Origin: Alcanivoracaceae bacterium
GTDB lineage: Bacteria > Pseudomonadota > Gammaproteobacteria > Pseudomonadales > Alcanivoracaceae
Reading direction: 5' to 3'
Length of the DNA: 64,000 bases
Assembly (NCBI GenBank): GCA_029210325.1
Contig: JARGPU010000007.1
Span: forward strand, 32,439-96,438
Numbering within the stretch: position 1 is the stretch's first letter; each line of letters begins with the position of its first letter. Shown in pieces: positions 9,192 to 19,001 of the stretch. Under the pieces are notes generated by a model. The model did no database searches. It was not told where the DNA came from and was given only the letters and a program-made list of their open reading frames with translations. The translations under genes and the position numbers were made by a program.

Positions 9192-9962
9192 ATGAGCGAT
9201 TTTGGTCAGGAAGCGATAGAGCGCGTTGCGGCATATCCGCAGGAAAAGGCGCTACTGGATTCAGCTGCTCAGTTTCTTCGTGATTCAGTGGGCCCCAAGT
9301 ACTCCTATAACTTTTTCTGGCAGGGGCGGCCGATTATTCAGTATCCGCAGGATATTGTCGCTATGCAGGAGCTGATATGGTCTGTTCAGCCAGATCTGAT
9401 TATCGAAACCGGCATCGCTCATGGCGGCTCGCTTATTTTCAGTGCCTCCATGCTGGCCCTGCTGGATATGTATGACGCTATAGAGTCCGGGAAAACACTG
9501 GATCCGTCCAAGTCGGCCAGAAAAGTGATTGGCGTGGATATTGATATTCGCGCGCATAACCGGGTTGCCGTTGAGCAGCATCCCATGGCATCAAGAATCA
9601 CCATGATCCAGGGGTCCAGCGTGGCCGCAGATGTGGTGGAGCAGGTTAAAGCACTGGCGGCAGGCTACTCCCGAGTTCTTGTTTGCCTGGACAGCAACCA
9701 CACCCATGAGCACGTTCTTGCTGAGCTGGAGGCCTATGCCCCATTGGTAACCAAGGGCAGTTACTGTGTGGTGTTTGATACCCTTATCGAAGATATGCCC
9801 GACGATGCCTACCCGGATCGTCCCTGGGGTCCGGGCAACAATCCGAAGACGGCAGTCTGGGAGTATTTGAAAGGGCATCCGGAGTATGAGATTGACGCCC
9901 ATATACATCAGAAGCTGATGGTTACCGTGGCTCCGGATGGATTTCTCAAGAAGATTGGTTAG
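9192..9962 (+). CDS. CmcI / cephalosporin-hydroxylase family methyltransferase (sugar O-methyltransferase type)
   Basis: QYPQDIVAMQELIWSVQPDLIIETGIAHGGSLIF is the conserved core of the CmcI family, to which rhamnosyl O-methyltransferases belong. Confidence 0.7.
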   Translation: MSDFGQEAIERVAAYPQEKALLDSAAQFLRDSVGPKYSYNFFWQGRPIIQYPQDIVAMQELIWSVQPDLIIETGIAHGGSLIFSASMLALLDMYDAIESGKTLDPSKSARKVIGVDIDIRAHNRVAVEQHPMASRITMIQGSSVAADVVEQVKALAAGYSRVLVCLDSNHTHEHVLAELEAYAPLVTKGSYCVVFDTLIEDMPDDAYPDRPWGPGNNPKTAVWEYLKGHPEYEIDAHIHQKLMVTVAPDGFLKKIG

Positions 9963-10809
9963 TAAGCCGTAACGACAAATCCACCGCCCTGACATGCTTG
10001 GTGATGGCTCCCGACGATACGCAGATCGGGAACTCCAGCGACGGCATGTGCTCCAGGGTGGAGGGTGTTACCGAGCCAGAAATTTCTACGGTAATGCCTG
10101 CCTCATAAGCGGCCAGCGCTTTGTGGCGGTCGTTGATATCAAACTCATCAAGCATGATTTGATCCGGTCGTGCGGCGATCGCTTCTTCAAGCTCGGCCAC
10201 GGTTTCCACTTCGACAATAACTTTTTTGTCTGGCGCTAAAGCGCGTGCCCGTTGGATAGCTGCGGTAATTGAGCCGCATGCAGCAATGTGATTTTCCTTA
10301 ATCAGAAAAGCATCATAAAGACCGATACGGTGGTTCTGGCAGCCGCCGCAGAGCACAGCATATTTTTGTGCGGTACGCAGGCCCGGCAGGGTCTTGCGGG
10401 TGTCCAGAATGGTGATCGGCTGGCTGGAAACGGCATCGGCATAGTGGCGCGCGCTGGTGGCGGTGCCGGACAAGGTCTGGAGAAAGTTAAGTGCCGGACG
10501 TTCGCCGCTAAGAATCTGCCGGCTGTTACCGTTCAGGGTGCAAAGAATATCGTTAGCTTTAACCTGATCGCCATCGGCAAAGTGCCAGTTCAGGGTAACG
10601 TCATCACCCACCTGGCGAAATACTTCATCCACCCAGGCGCGGCCACATAGCACGGCGTTTTCGCGGCTGATAATCGTGGCACTGGCACGGTCATCCGCCG
10701 GAATAAGTTGGGCAGTGATATCACCGCTACCGATATCTTCCTGCAGGGCTGCTCGGACCTGTAGCGGGATATCGTTGATAACGTAATCCGGTAGTTCAGG
10801 CTTTTTCAC
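9946..10809 (-). CDS. nadC: nicotinate-nucleotide diphosphorylase (carboxylating)
   Basis: LDTRKTLPGLRTAQKYAVLCGGCQNHRIGLYDAFLIKENH and VEVETVAELEEA motifs of quinolinate phosphoribosyltransferase. Confidence 0.9.
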   Translation of the reverse strand: MKKPELPDYVINDIPLQVRAALQEDIGSGDITAQLIPADDRASATIISRENAVLCGRAWVDEVFRQVGDDVTLNWHFADGDQVKANDILCTLNGNSRQILSGERPALNFLQTLSGTATSARHYADAVSSQPITILDTRKTLPGLRTAQKYAVLCGGCQNHRIGLYDAFLIKENHIAACGSITAAIQRARALAPDKKVIVEVETVAELEEAIAARPDQIMLDEFDINDRHKALAAYEAGITVEISGSVTPSTLEHMPSLEFPICVSSGAITKHVRAVDLSLRLTNQSS

Positions 10810-12145
10810 GATTAAAAAACTCTTTGGTTAATTTCACGACAAGCGGACTGAGAAGTAACAGAGCAATCAGGTTGGGCAGTGCCATCAGGGCGTTAAGAAC
10901 ATCGGCCACATCCCAGATCAGCGTCAGGCTGCTGGCCGCACCGACTGGCACCATGGCAATCCAGAACAGGCGGAACGGCAATACGGCGCGCTCGCCAAAC
11001 AGGTATTGGGCGCAGCGTTCACCATAAAGGCTCCAGCCGAGCAGGGTGGTAAAGGCAAACACGGCCAGCCCCACTACCACAATGGTTTCCCCCATGGCGC
11101 CGAATGTGGCGCTGAACGCCAGCGCTGACAGTGGTGCGCCACTCTGGCCGGATTCGAAAGCGCCGGTGACGACGATGGCAAGGCCAGTGATGGAGCAGAT
11201 AATGATGGTGTCGATAAAGCTGCCCAACATGGCAATGGAGCCTTGCCGGGCCGGGTGATCGGTGGTCGCCGAGGCATGGGCAATAGGGGTACTGCCGAGG
11301 CCGGCCTCGTTGGAGAAAATACCCCGGGCGATGCCAAAGCGGATGGCGGCCCAGACGGTGGCGCCGGCAAAGCCGCCACCGGCGGCGCTGCCGGTAAAGG
11401 CATCGGACAGACAGCGAGCCAGTGCCGCAGGCAGTTGAGCGGCGTGGTCAATCAATACCACCATGCCACACAGCAGATAGGCCAATGCCATCAGCGGGAC
11501 CAGCGCGGTGGCGACATGGGCAATACGTTTGATGCCGCCCAGAATCACCATGGCCACCAGCACGGCCATCACCAGGCCGGTATAGGTGGTATCAAAGCCA
11601 AAGGTGCTATGCAGACCGTCAGCCACAGAATGCGCCTGCACACCGTTGCCAATACCGAATCCTGCAAACATACCGAACAGAGCGAACAGGAAGGCCAGCC
11701 AGCCGAATTTGGGACCAAGGCCGTTGCGAATGTAGTACATCGGCCCGCCTATATACTGGCCGTGGCTGTCCTGTTGGCGAAAGTGAACCGCCAGTACCGC
11801 TTCACTGTATTTGGTGGCGATGCCGACCAGCGCAATCAGCCACATCCACACCAAAGCCCCAGGTCCGCCCAAAGCGATGGCAGTCGCTACACCGGCAATA
11901 TTGCCGGTGCCCACGGTAGCGGCCATGGCGGTGGCCAGGGCCGCGTAGCCGGCAATGGTGCCGTCCCCGTGGGAGCGACCAAATAGCTGGCGAAAGCCAA
12001 ACCCAAGCCGGCGAATAGGTAGAAAGCCCAGTCGCAGGGTTAGCCAGAGCCCGGTGCCACCAATCAGTAGCAGCATTGCGGGCCCCCAGACCACTGATGA
12101 TATCTGGGATACAAGGTTGGCGAGTGCTTGCTGATCAAAGGTCAT
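10796..12145 (-). CDS. alanine/glycine:cation symporter (AGCS family)
   Basis: GNIAGVATAIALGGPGALVWMW and IFSNEAGLGSTPIAHA motifs. About 11 TM helices. 449 aa. Confidence 0.9.
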   Translation of the reverse strand: MTFDQQALANLVSQISSVVWGPAMLLLIGGTGLWLTLRLGFLPIRRLGFGFRQLFGRSHGDGTIAGYAALATAMAATVGTGNIAGVATAIALGGPGALVWMWLIALVGIATKYSEAVLAVHFRQQDSHGQYIGGPMYYIRNGLGPKFGWLAFLFALFGMFAGFGIGNGVQAHSVADGLHSTFGFDTTYTGLVMAVLVAMVILGGIKRIAHVATALVPLMALAYLLCGMVVLIDHAAQLPAALARCLSDAFTGSAAGGGFAGATVWAAIRFGIARGIFSNEAGLGSTPIAHASATTDHPARQGSIAMLGSFIDTIIICSITGLAIVVTGAFESGQSGAPLSALAFSATFGAMGETIVVVGLAVFAFTTLLGWSLYGERCAQYLFGERAVLPFRLFWIAMVPVGAASSLTLIWDVADVLNALMALPNLIALLLLSPLVVKLTKEFFNREKA

Positions 12146-12354
12146 TGGCGTTCCGTGTCGGCGGTAGCGAAGCGGATTAGCTTAGAGCATGGCGGCTGAC
12201 CGGCAAAGGGCTTGAGGGCTGTTGCCGGCTTGTTAGCCCAGAGAGGAGAGGATTCGACAAGATATAAGCATAAATGATTATTTGAGAACTACCTCATAAT
12301 GCTTACTTCTGGCTGGTGATAGTGTGATCACAATATAACCGCACAGGTGCCCTC

Positions 12355-14631
12355 GTGGACAAAGTGACGACCCTGAAAACTGTTAGCTCGGCCCGCCCGC
12401 CCAAGCCTCTGCCGCGACCGGTAGAAAAGGCCAGCGTGCGTGCCTGTGAGCTATTGGTGGGATATCTGTGCGATATGCTCGATAGCGCAGATGACAAGCT
12501 GTTCGATCTGTCTGACGGCCAGCAAAGTGGCGCACTGGATGCCATGCGCGAGCTGCGTCTGAAGCGTGCCGGTGTTGAGTCCGGTTTCCGTCAGGCGCTG
12601 GAAAATCAGTTTCGCAGCGCTTACCTCGGTGAAGACCGCTCCTCGTCATCGGTGCTGGGTAAACTTGATCTGGACAGTCTGTCTCTGGTGCAGGAAGACC
12701 AGATGGAAGTGGATCTGGCCATTAATACCATGTCGCGCCGGGTGCGCATGATCAGCGAAACCCAGTTGCGGGCCTTTAATCACCGGCTCGAATATTTAAG
12801 TGAGGGCAAGAGGGAGTTCAGTGAGCGTAATAGCCCGCTGGACCCGGCGCAGATTGTTGCCGCTTTTCGCGTTGAGACGGAAAAGCTGGATGTGGATATC
12901 AACACCCGGCTGATCATGTACAAGCTATTTGAACGGCTGGTGCTTAGTGAGTTGGGTTTTGTTATTACCGAAGCCAACCAGACCCTTATCGACAGCGGCA
13001 TCCTGCCAGACATGACGGCGCCACCGATTCGCGCCAGCCGTCAGCCCGGCCAGAGTGTGCCGAAAGTGAAAGCTGGTGAACCTCAGGCTAATCCGATCGA
13101 GTCATTGCTGGGCTCTGCGGGTGGTGGTGCGGCTGCAGACCCGGCAGCCCTTTACGCTATGTTCGGCGAGCTGCTGGATGCGGTGCGGCTGATCTCGGCG
13201 CGCCCGGATGCTGGTCCGGCGCCTTCTAACATGGCGGTAATGCAGGGCGGCGTGGCCTATGTGAATGGCGCGCCGGTTACCAACCCGGGTCATGTTCGTC
13301 AGGTTTCCTCCAACGATCTGGTAGGCATGCTCAACCGCCTGCAGCGAGTGGAAACCTCGCTGGAGGAGCTTGGTCAGGAGAGTCATGACCCGCTGCGCGC
13401 GGAAGATATGGATGTACGAGTCGAGCTATCCAGTCTGCTCGGTGCGGAAGGTGGCGAGGAGGCGGTGCACGCCCTCGATCAGGCAGACGACGCGGTGATC
13501 AATCTGGTGTCGATGCTGTTTGATTTTATTTTCGATGATCAAGCGCTGGCCACTGAGATCAAGGCGCTGATCGGCCGTTTGCAGATTCCGTTCCTGAAGA
13601 CGGCCATTGCTGACAAAAGCTTCTTTAGCAATGAACAACATGCTGCTCGGCAATTTCTTAATACGCTGGCAAAGGCGGGCAGCCAGTGGTCGTCTTCTCA
13701 AGGGGTGTCTGATCCGCTTTATCGGTTGATCCGCGAAAGCGTGTTCAAGGTGTTGAACGACTTTGATCTGGATGCGGGCCTGTTCGAGCGCCTGCGTGCG
13801 GATATCGAAGATGTGATGGATCGGCAGGAGAGCCAGCGCCAGCGCATTGAAGAGCGTCTGCAGGAAGTTGAGCAAGGTAAGGTTCTGGCCGAGCAGACCC
13901 GGCGTATTGTCACCGTAGCCGTGCAGGAACGCATCGGCCAGCGAGCCTTGCCGGCGGTGGCGGGCAGCCTGATTCGTGACGCCTGGCAGCAGGTGCTGTA
14001 TCTGACCTGTTTGCGCGAGGGCAGTGGCAGCGAGCCGTGGAATCGTTATCTGAAAGTGCTTGAGGTGCTGATCTGGAGCGTGCTGCCGAAGAAAGATGAT
14101 GCAGCGCGGGCCAAGCTGGCCGACTTGGCACCGAAGCTGATAGTTAGCCTGCGCAAGGGGCTTGAAGCTATTGGCTATGACGCTAGTGAACAACGCCGCC
14201 GGTTGGATGAACTGGTGGCGCTGCATGCCCAGTTGCTGCAGCCTGTCACCGATAGCGAACTGGCCGGCGAAGTGGTGGTGTTTGAGCCGGAGCCTGAGCC
14301 GCAAGCAGAACAACAGGCGCAGGAAGAACTGCCGATTGATCATCCGACTTTAAAAATGGCCTGTGCCATGAAGTCGGGAACCTGGGTTGATATTGCTAGC
14401 GGCGAAGGCAGCAAGCGCCTGCGGCTGGCGGCCAATGTGCGCCATGGCAGCAAGCTGGTGTTTATCAATGCCCGCGGTATCCGCGAGGCGGAGTATTCCG
14501 GGATGGCGCTGGCGCTGGCGGTAGAGGCCGGTGAAATCCGTATAGTAGACGGCAGCCCGCTGTTTGACCGGGCGCTGGAATCGGTGATCGGAGATCTGCG
14601 CCGCATGCGGCAACAACCCGTTAGTGCCTGA
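12355..14631 (+). CDS. DUF1631-type large cytoplasmic protein
   Basis: 758-aa acidic protein. Occupies the slot between nadC and ampD that, from memory, holds a DUF1631 hypothetical gene in Pseudomonas. No catalytic motif recognised. GTG start. Confidence 0.55.
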   Translation: MDKVTTLKTVSSARPPKPLPRPVEKASVRACELLVGYLCDMLDSADDKLFDLSDGQQSGALDAMRELRLKRAGVESGFRQALENQFRSAYLGEDRSSSSVLGKLDLDSLSLVQEDQMEVDLAINTMSRRVRMISETQLRAFNHRLEYLSEGKREFSERNSPLDPAQIVAAFRVETEKLDVDINTRLIMYKLFERLVLSELGFVITEANQTLIDSGILPDMTAPPIRASRQPGQSVPKVKAGEPQANPIESLLGSAGGGAAADPAALYAMFGELLDAVRLISARPDAGPAPSNMAVMQGGVAYVNGAPVTNPGHVRQVSSNDLVGMLNRLQRVETSLEELGQESHDPLRAEDMDVRVELSSLLGAEGGEEAVHALDQADDAVINLVSMLFDFIFDDQALATEIKALIGRLQIPFLKTAIADKSFFSNEQHAARQFLNTLAKAGSQWSSSQGVSDPLYRLIRESVFKVLNDFDLDAGLFERLRADIEDVMDRQESQRQRIEERLQEVEQGKVLAEQTRRIVTVAVQERIGQRALPAVAGSLIRDAWQQVLYLTCLREGSGSEPWNRYLKVLEVLIWSVLPKKDDAARAKLADLAPKLIVSLRKGLEAIGYDASEQRRRLDELVALHAQLLQPVTDSELAGEVVVFEPEPEPQAEQQAQEELPIDHPTLKMACAMKSGTWVDIASGEGSKRLRLAANVRHGSKLVFINARGIREAEYSGMALALAVEAGEIRIVDGSPLFDRALESVIGDLRRMRQQPVSA

Positions 14632-14718
14632 GCTTTTACTTGGCAGTTAAAGTGTCGATACTGTGGCGACGTTATGTAGGCATATGCTCTAACGTATGCG
14701 CCGCAGGAGGACACGCCG

Positions 14719-15276
14719 TTGCTGACCGTGAAGAACCACTGGGTGATTGAGGCTCGTCACTGTCCGTCGCCCAATTTCAATGAGCGTCCGGACGCCAACG
14801 ACATTTCCCTGATTGTGATCCATAACATCAGTTTGCCGCCGGCGCAGTTTGGCGGCCCGCATATTGATGAGCTGTTCTGCAATTGTCTTGATCCGCACGG
14901 CCACCCCTATTTCGCCGAAATTGCTGCCATGGAAGTGTCATCCCACTTCCTGATTCGTCGTGACGGCGAGCTGGTGCAGTACGTACCTTGTGACCGGCGC
15001 GCCTGGCACGCGGGCAAGTCGCAGTGGCAGGGGCGGGAGAACTGTAACGATTTTTCTATCGGCATTGAGCTGGAAGGCAGTGATCATGAAGCTTACACAA
15101 CTATGCAGTATGCTCGGTTGAACGAGTTGCTCGATGTGCTGCGTCAGCACTACGGGATTCCCCCCCAGGCGCTGGCCGGGCATGATCAGATTGCGCCAGG
15201 CAGAAAAACCGACCCAGGGCCAGCTTTTGAATGGGCCAGAGTGGAAGGGGTGGATATTTCCGGCAAGCTGGCCTGA
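14719..15276 (+). CDS. ampD: 1,6-anhydro-N-acetylmuramyl-L-alanine amidase
   Basis: SPNFNERP ... LIVIHNISLP ... SSHFLIRRDGELVQYV ... RAWHAG ... NDFSIGIELEG ... GHDQIAPGRKTDPGP, amidase_2 Zn-binding pattern. TTG start. Confidence 0.88.
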   Translation: MLTVKNHWVIEARHCPSPNFNERPDANDISLIVIHNISLPPAQFGGPHIDELFCNCLDPHGHPYFAEIAAMEVSSHFLIRRDGELVQYVPCDRRAWHAGKSQWQGRENCNDFSIGIELEGSDHEAYTTMQYARLNELLDVLRQHYGIPPQALAGHDQIAPGRKTDPGPAFEWARVEGVDISGKLA

Positions 15277-15309
15277 CACGCCTGCCGAATAGACAATGCA
15301 CAACGGAGA

Positions 15310-16164
15310 GTGAAACTGATGAAACTTCTGGTGCTGCTGGTGGTACTTGGACTGCGTCGACTGGATGTGGTGTGGCCCGCGTGGCTGGCGGATGGCGGGC
15401 AAATGGAGCGTTTGCAGCAGGCGATTAGCAAGCTGCTGGCAGATAGTACCCCCGACTTACTAGCCTGGACTGTGCGGGTGGCGCTGCCGTCACTGCTGGT
15501 AGCGATTTTGATGCTGGTGCTGCATGACTGGCTCTGGGGGCTGGCAGGCTGGTTGGCCGGTGGGCTGTTGCTGCTGGCATTGCTGGGACCGGAAAGCGAG
15601 TTCCGCCATCTTGATGACATGCTGGTGCGCGGCCGGATGAACGACCCCGATACGCTTGGCAATCTGGCCACGAAGCATTTTGACGCCGAGGGTAAGCCCG
15701 GAGACGACGGCTATTTTGCCGAGTTGATGATGCGCATTCTGCACCGCGACAGCGGCCACCTGTTTGCCACCGTATTCTTTTTGATGGCACTGGGGTACTG
15801 GGCGGCGTTCCTCTACTTGGCCAACCGTTGGCTGATGAGCCGTTCATCTGCGCCAGGACAGCAGGCCGCGCTGACCGTCGATGCAGCCATGTTCTGGCTG
15901 CCGTCGCGGCTGCTGATTCTGGTGATGGCGCTGGCGGGAGATTTCCGTCGGGTGATGGATGCCGTCGATGGCCGCATGTTGCAACTGGAAGACAATCGTC
16001 AGGTTCTGGAAGACGCCACTATTGCTGCGCTGGATCTTGGCGAGGCACCGGATCAGGACGATCTGCCAGCCGGTGTGGATATGCTCGAAGCGCTGCAGTC
16101 CCTGTTGCTGCGCTGTCTTGCCCTGTGGCTGATTCTGGCGGCGATCTGGATCATGCTGGTGTGA
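15310..16164 (+). CDS. ampE: AmpE-like inner-membrane regulatory protein
   Basis: 284-aa membrane protein immediately downstream of ampD, the conserved ampDE arrangement. Start is GTG 15310 or ATG 15319. Confidence 0.7.
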   Translation: MKLMKLLVLLVVLGLRRLDVVWPAWLADGGQMERLQQAISKLLADSTPDLLAWTVRVALPSLLVAILMLVLHDWLWGLAGWLAGGLLLLALLGPESEFRHLDDMLVRGRMNDPDTLGNLATKHFDAEGKPGDDGYFAELMMRILHRDSGHLFATVFFLMALGYWAAFLYLANRWLMSRSSAPGQQAALTVDAAMFWLPSRLLILVMALAGDFRRVMDAVDGRMLQLEDNRQVLEDATIAALDLGEAPDQDDLPAGVDMLEALQSLLLRCLALWLILAAIWIMLV

Positions 16165-16318
16165 CATTTTTTTACACGAACCTGTCCTTGCCGGCCATTA
16201 GTCACGGCGCCATACTCTCCTAGACGGTGTGTTTACCCACGCATCGCTCAGCTCTGCGGCAGGCCGGTGACCCCGGCCCGTTGTTTCACGCGACTCACGC
16301 GACGAAGGACAGATAGCC

Positions 16319-18991
16319 ATGACGCGCAGCTTTTTTGATGATCAGGACCCGGCGGAAACCCGTGAGTGGCTTGATTCACTGAACTCCGTAATTGAACAGG
16401 AAAGCCCGGACAGGGCCGGCTGGTTGATTGATCGACTGTCCGATACCGCCTCCGAGTTGGGTATCTACCGCAAGCATCTATATACCCCTTACCTCAATAC
16501 CATCTCGCCGCAGAGGCAGCAGCCGTTACCCGGTGACATGATGATGGAGCGACGCATCCGCTCACTGGTGCGCTGGAATGCGCTGGCCATGGTGATGCGC
16601 GCCAACATGAACGACGATGAGTTGGGTGGCCATATCGCCACGTTTGCCTCGTCGGCGACGCTCTATGACATCGGCTTTAATCATTTTTTTCGCGCCGCCA
16701 CCGACACCTTTGGCGGTGATCTGATTTATTACCAGGGTCATTCGGCGCCAGGTATCTACGCTCAGGCTTTTCTTGAAGGGCGGCTGACAGAGGACCAGTT
16801 GAATAACTATCGCCGCGAAGTGGATGGTGCCGGCTTGTCCTCCTATCCGCATCCCTGGCTGATGCCGGACTTCTGGCAGTTTCCCACGGTGTCCATGGGC
16901 CTTGGCGCGATTCAGGCGATCTATCAGGCTCACTTCATGAAGTACATGGAACATCAGGAAATGATCCCCGCCCAGCAGCGTAAGGTCTGGGCATTCCTCG
17001 GCGACGGCGAAATGGACGAGCCGGAATCCCTTGGCGCACTGGCTTTGGCCGGGCGAGAAAAGCTGGATAACCTGATTTTTGTGGTGAACTGTAATTTGCA
17101 GCGCCTTGATGGTCCGGTGCGTGGTAACGGCAAGATTATTCAGGAGCTGGAAGGCTTGTTCCGTGGTGCCGGCTGGAATGTCATCAAGGTGATCTGGGGG
17201 CGGCGCTGGGATCAGTTGCTGGCCCGGGATCACAAAGGGTTGTTGCGTCGCCGCATGGAAGAGTGTGTCGACGGTGAATATCAGGCCTACAAGAAAAACG
17301 GCGGTGCCTACACACGGGAACATTTCTTTGGCAAATACCCGGAGCTCAAGGAAATGGTGGCGCATCTCTCGGACGATGAAATCACCGACTTGAACCGTGG
17401 CGGACACGATCCCTACAAGGTCTACGGGGCCTATCATGAAGCAGCCAATAGCACTGGCCGGCCAACGGTGATTCTGGCGAAAACCATCAAGGGTTATGCC
17501 ACTGGTGCGGGCGAGGCAGTGAACAAAGCCCACCAGATGAAAAAGCTGGATATGGAGTCGCTGAAGGACTTCCGCGACCGCTTCAATATGCCGTTTACCG
17601 ATGAACAGCTTGAAGATGTGCCGTTCTATCGGCCGGCGCAAGACAGTCCGGAAATGCGCTACATGCGTGAGCGCCGGGCGGAGCTCGGTGGTGGTGCTTT
17701 ACCCGCGCGTCGCCGCAGCTCTTCAGAAAGGCTGCCAGTACCACCGTTGTCGGCGTTCAAACAATTTATCGAAGATGGCAGCGGTGAGCGGGAAATCTCC
17801 ACCACCATGGCGTTTGTGCGCATGCTGTCGACGCTGATCAAGCAACCGGGTATCGGCGATCGGGTGGTGCCCATCGTGCCGGACGAAGCACGTACTTTCG
17901 GTATGGAAGGCATGTTCCGTCAGCTGGGCATCTATTCTTCAGAAGGGCAGAAATACCAGCCGGAAGATGCCGGTCAGGTGATGTATTACCGGGAAGACAA
18001 GAAGGGCAGGATTCTGGAAGAAGGGATTAACGAGGCAGGCGCCATGTCCGCCTGGATTGCCGCCGGTACCAGCTATTCGGTGCACGACAAGCCGATGATT
18101 CCGTTTTATATCTACTATTCCATGTTTGGCTTCCAGCGTATCGGTGATCTGGCTTGGGCCGCTGGCGACAGTCAGGCCAAGGGCTTTTTGCTGGGCGCTA
18201 CCGCTGGACGTACCACGCTGAACGGTGAAGGTCTGCAGCATCAGGATGGCCATAGTCATTTGCTGGCCAGCACCATTCCGAATTGCATCGGGTATGACCC
18301 GACCTACGCCTACGAGCTGGCGGTAATTCTGCAAGATGGTCTGCGGCGCATGTATGGCGAGCAGGAGAAGGTGTTTTATTACCTTACCCTGATGAACGAA
18401 AACTATGTTCACGGAGTGATGCCCAAGGGGGCCGAGAAAGGCATTTTGCGTGGCATGTATCCGTTGAAAAAGGCGCCTGCAAAAGGCAAGTCGAAACTGC
18501 ATGTGCAGTTACTGGGAAGTGGCACCATCCTGCGTGAGGTAGAAGCGGCGGCGGAAATTTTGCAGCAAGACTTCGCGGTAGCTGCGGATATCTGGAGCGT
18601 AACCAGCTTTACCGAGCTGCGTCGCGAAGGCATGCGGGTGGACCGCGACAACCTGCTGCATGCGGACAAACCGGCCAAGACCTGCTGGGTGCAAGATTGT
18701 CTGAAGGATGCCAAGGGGCCGGTGATTACTGCCACCGACCATATGAAGTTTCAGGGCGATCTGATTCGGCCATGGATCAAGCAGCGCTATGTGGTGCTTG
18801 GCACCGATGGTTTTGGGCGTAGTGATTCGCGTCAGAAATTGCGCCAGTTCTTTGAAGTGGACCGCTATTTTATCGTGCTGGCGGCCTTGAAGGCGCTGGC
18901 AGATGAGGGGCAGATGGACGGCAAGCAGGTTGTCGCTGCGATGAAAAAGTTTGGCATTGATGCCAACAAACCCTACCCGCCGCTGCATTGA
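16319..18991 (+). CDS. aceE: pyruvate dehydrogenase E1 component, homodimeric type
   Basis: 890 aa with ThDP-binding GDGEMDEPESLGAL ... NCNLQRLDG motif. Followed by aceF. Confidence 0.95.
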   Translation: MTRSFFDDQDPAETREWLDSLNSVIEQESPDRAGWLIDRLSDTASELGIYRKHLYTPYLNTISPQRQQPLPGDMMMERRIRSLVRWNALAMVMRANMNDDELGGHIATFASSATLYDIGFNHFFRAATDTFGGDLIYYQGHSAPGIYAQAFLEGRLTEDQLNNYRREVDGAGLSSYPHPWLMPDFWQFPTVSMGLGAIQAIYQAHFMKYMEHQEMIPAQQRKVWAFLGDGEMDEPESLGALALAGREKLDNLIFVVNCNLQRLDGPVRGNGKIIQELEGLFRGAGWNVIKVIWGRRWDQLLARDHKGLLRRRMEECVDGEYQAYKKNGGAYTREHFFGKYPELKEMVAHLSDDEITDLNRGGHDPYKVYGAYHEAANSTGRPTVILAKTIKGYATGAGEAVNKAHQMKKLDMESLKDFRDRFNMPFTDEQLEDVPFYRPAQDSPEMRYMRERRAELGGGALPARRRSSSERLPVPPLSAFKQFIEDGSGEREISTTMAFVRMLSTLIKQPGIGDRVVPIVPDEARTFGMEGMFRQLGIYSSEGQKYQPEDAGQVMYYREDKKGRILEEGINEAGAMSAWIAAGTSYSVHDKPMIPFYIYYSMFGFQRIGDLAWAAGDSQAKGFLLGATAGRTTLNGEGLQHQDGHSHLLASTIPNCIGYDPTYAYELAVILQDGLRRMYGEQEKVFYYLTLMNENYVHGVMPKGAEKGILRGMYPLKKAPAKGKSKLHVQLLGSGTILREVEAAAEILQQDFAVAADIWSVTSFTELRREGMRVDRDNLLHADKPAKTCWVQDCLKDAKGPVITATDHMKFQGDLIRPWIKQRYVVLGTDGFGRSDSRQKLRQFFEVDRYFIVLAALKALADEGQMDGKQVVAAMKKFGIDANKPYPPLH

Positions 18992-19001
18992 GGAGCAAAG
19001 C

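Noticed and set aside
623-9962. Expected a tRNA-Thr near pilA/nadC, as in the Pseudomonas aeruginosa pilin locus
   Set aside because: No T-loop-like GGTTCGAATCC motif or cloverleaf-sized non-coding gap is present. All gaps are short or occupied by ORFs.
12146-12354. Looked for a glycine riboswitch upstream of the alanine/glycine symporter, and for a CRP-like site at tgtgatcaca
   Set aside because: On the minus strand I could not find the paired GGAGAG ... ACCGAAGGGGCAA-type cores. The tgtgatcaca palindrome lacks the 6-nt spacer of a CRP site.
13426-14343. 305-aa antisense ORF inside the DUF1631 gene
   Set aside because: Long stop-free antisense frames are expected in GC-rich coding DNA. The translation is Arg/Gln/His/Leu-rich with no motif.
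16562-17641. 359-aa antisense ORF inside aceE (similar cases at 18509-19267, 11243-11986, 39153-39959 and 59542-60354)
   Set aside because: Each lies fully inside a confidently identified conserved gene on the other strand and shows low-complexity, off-frame-type composition.
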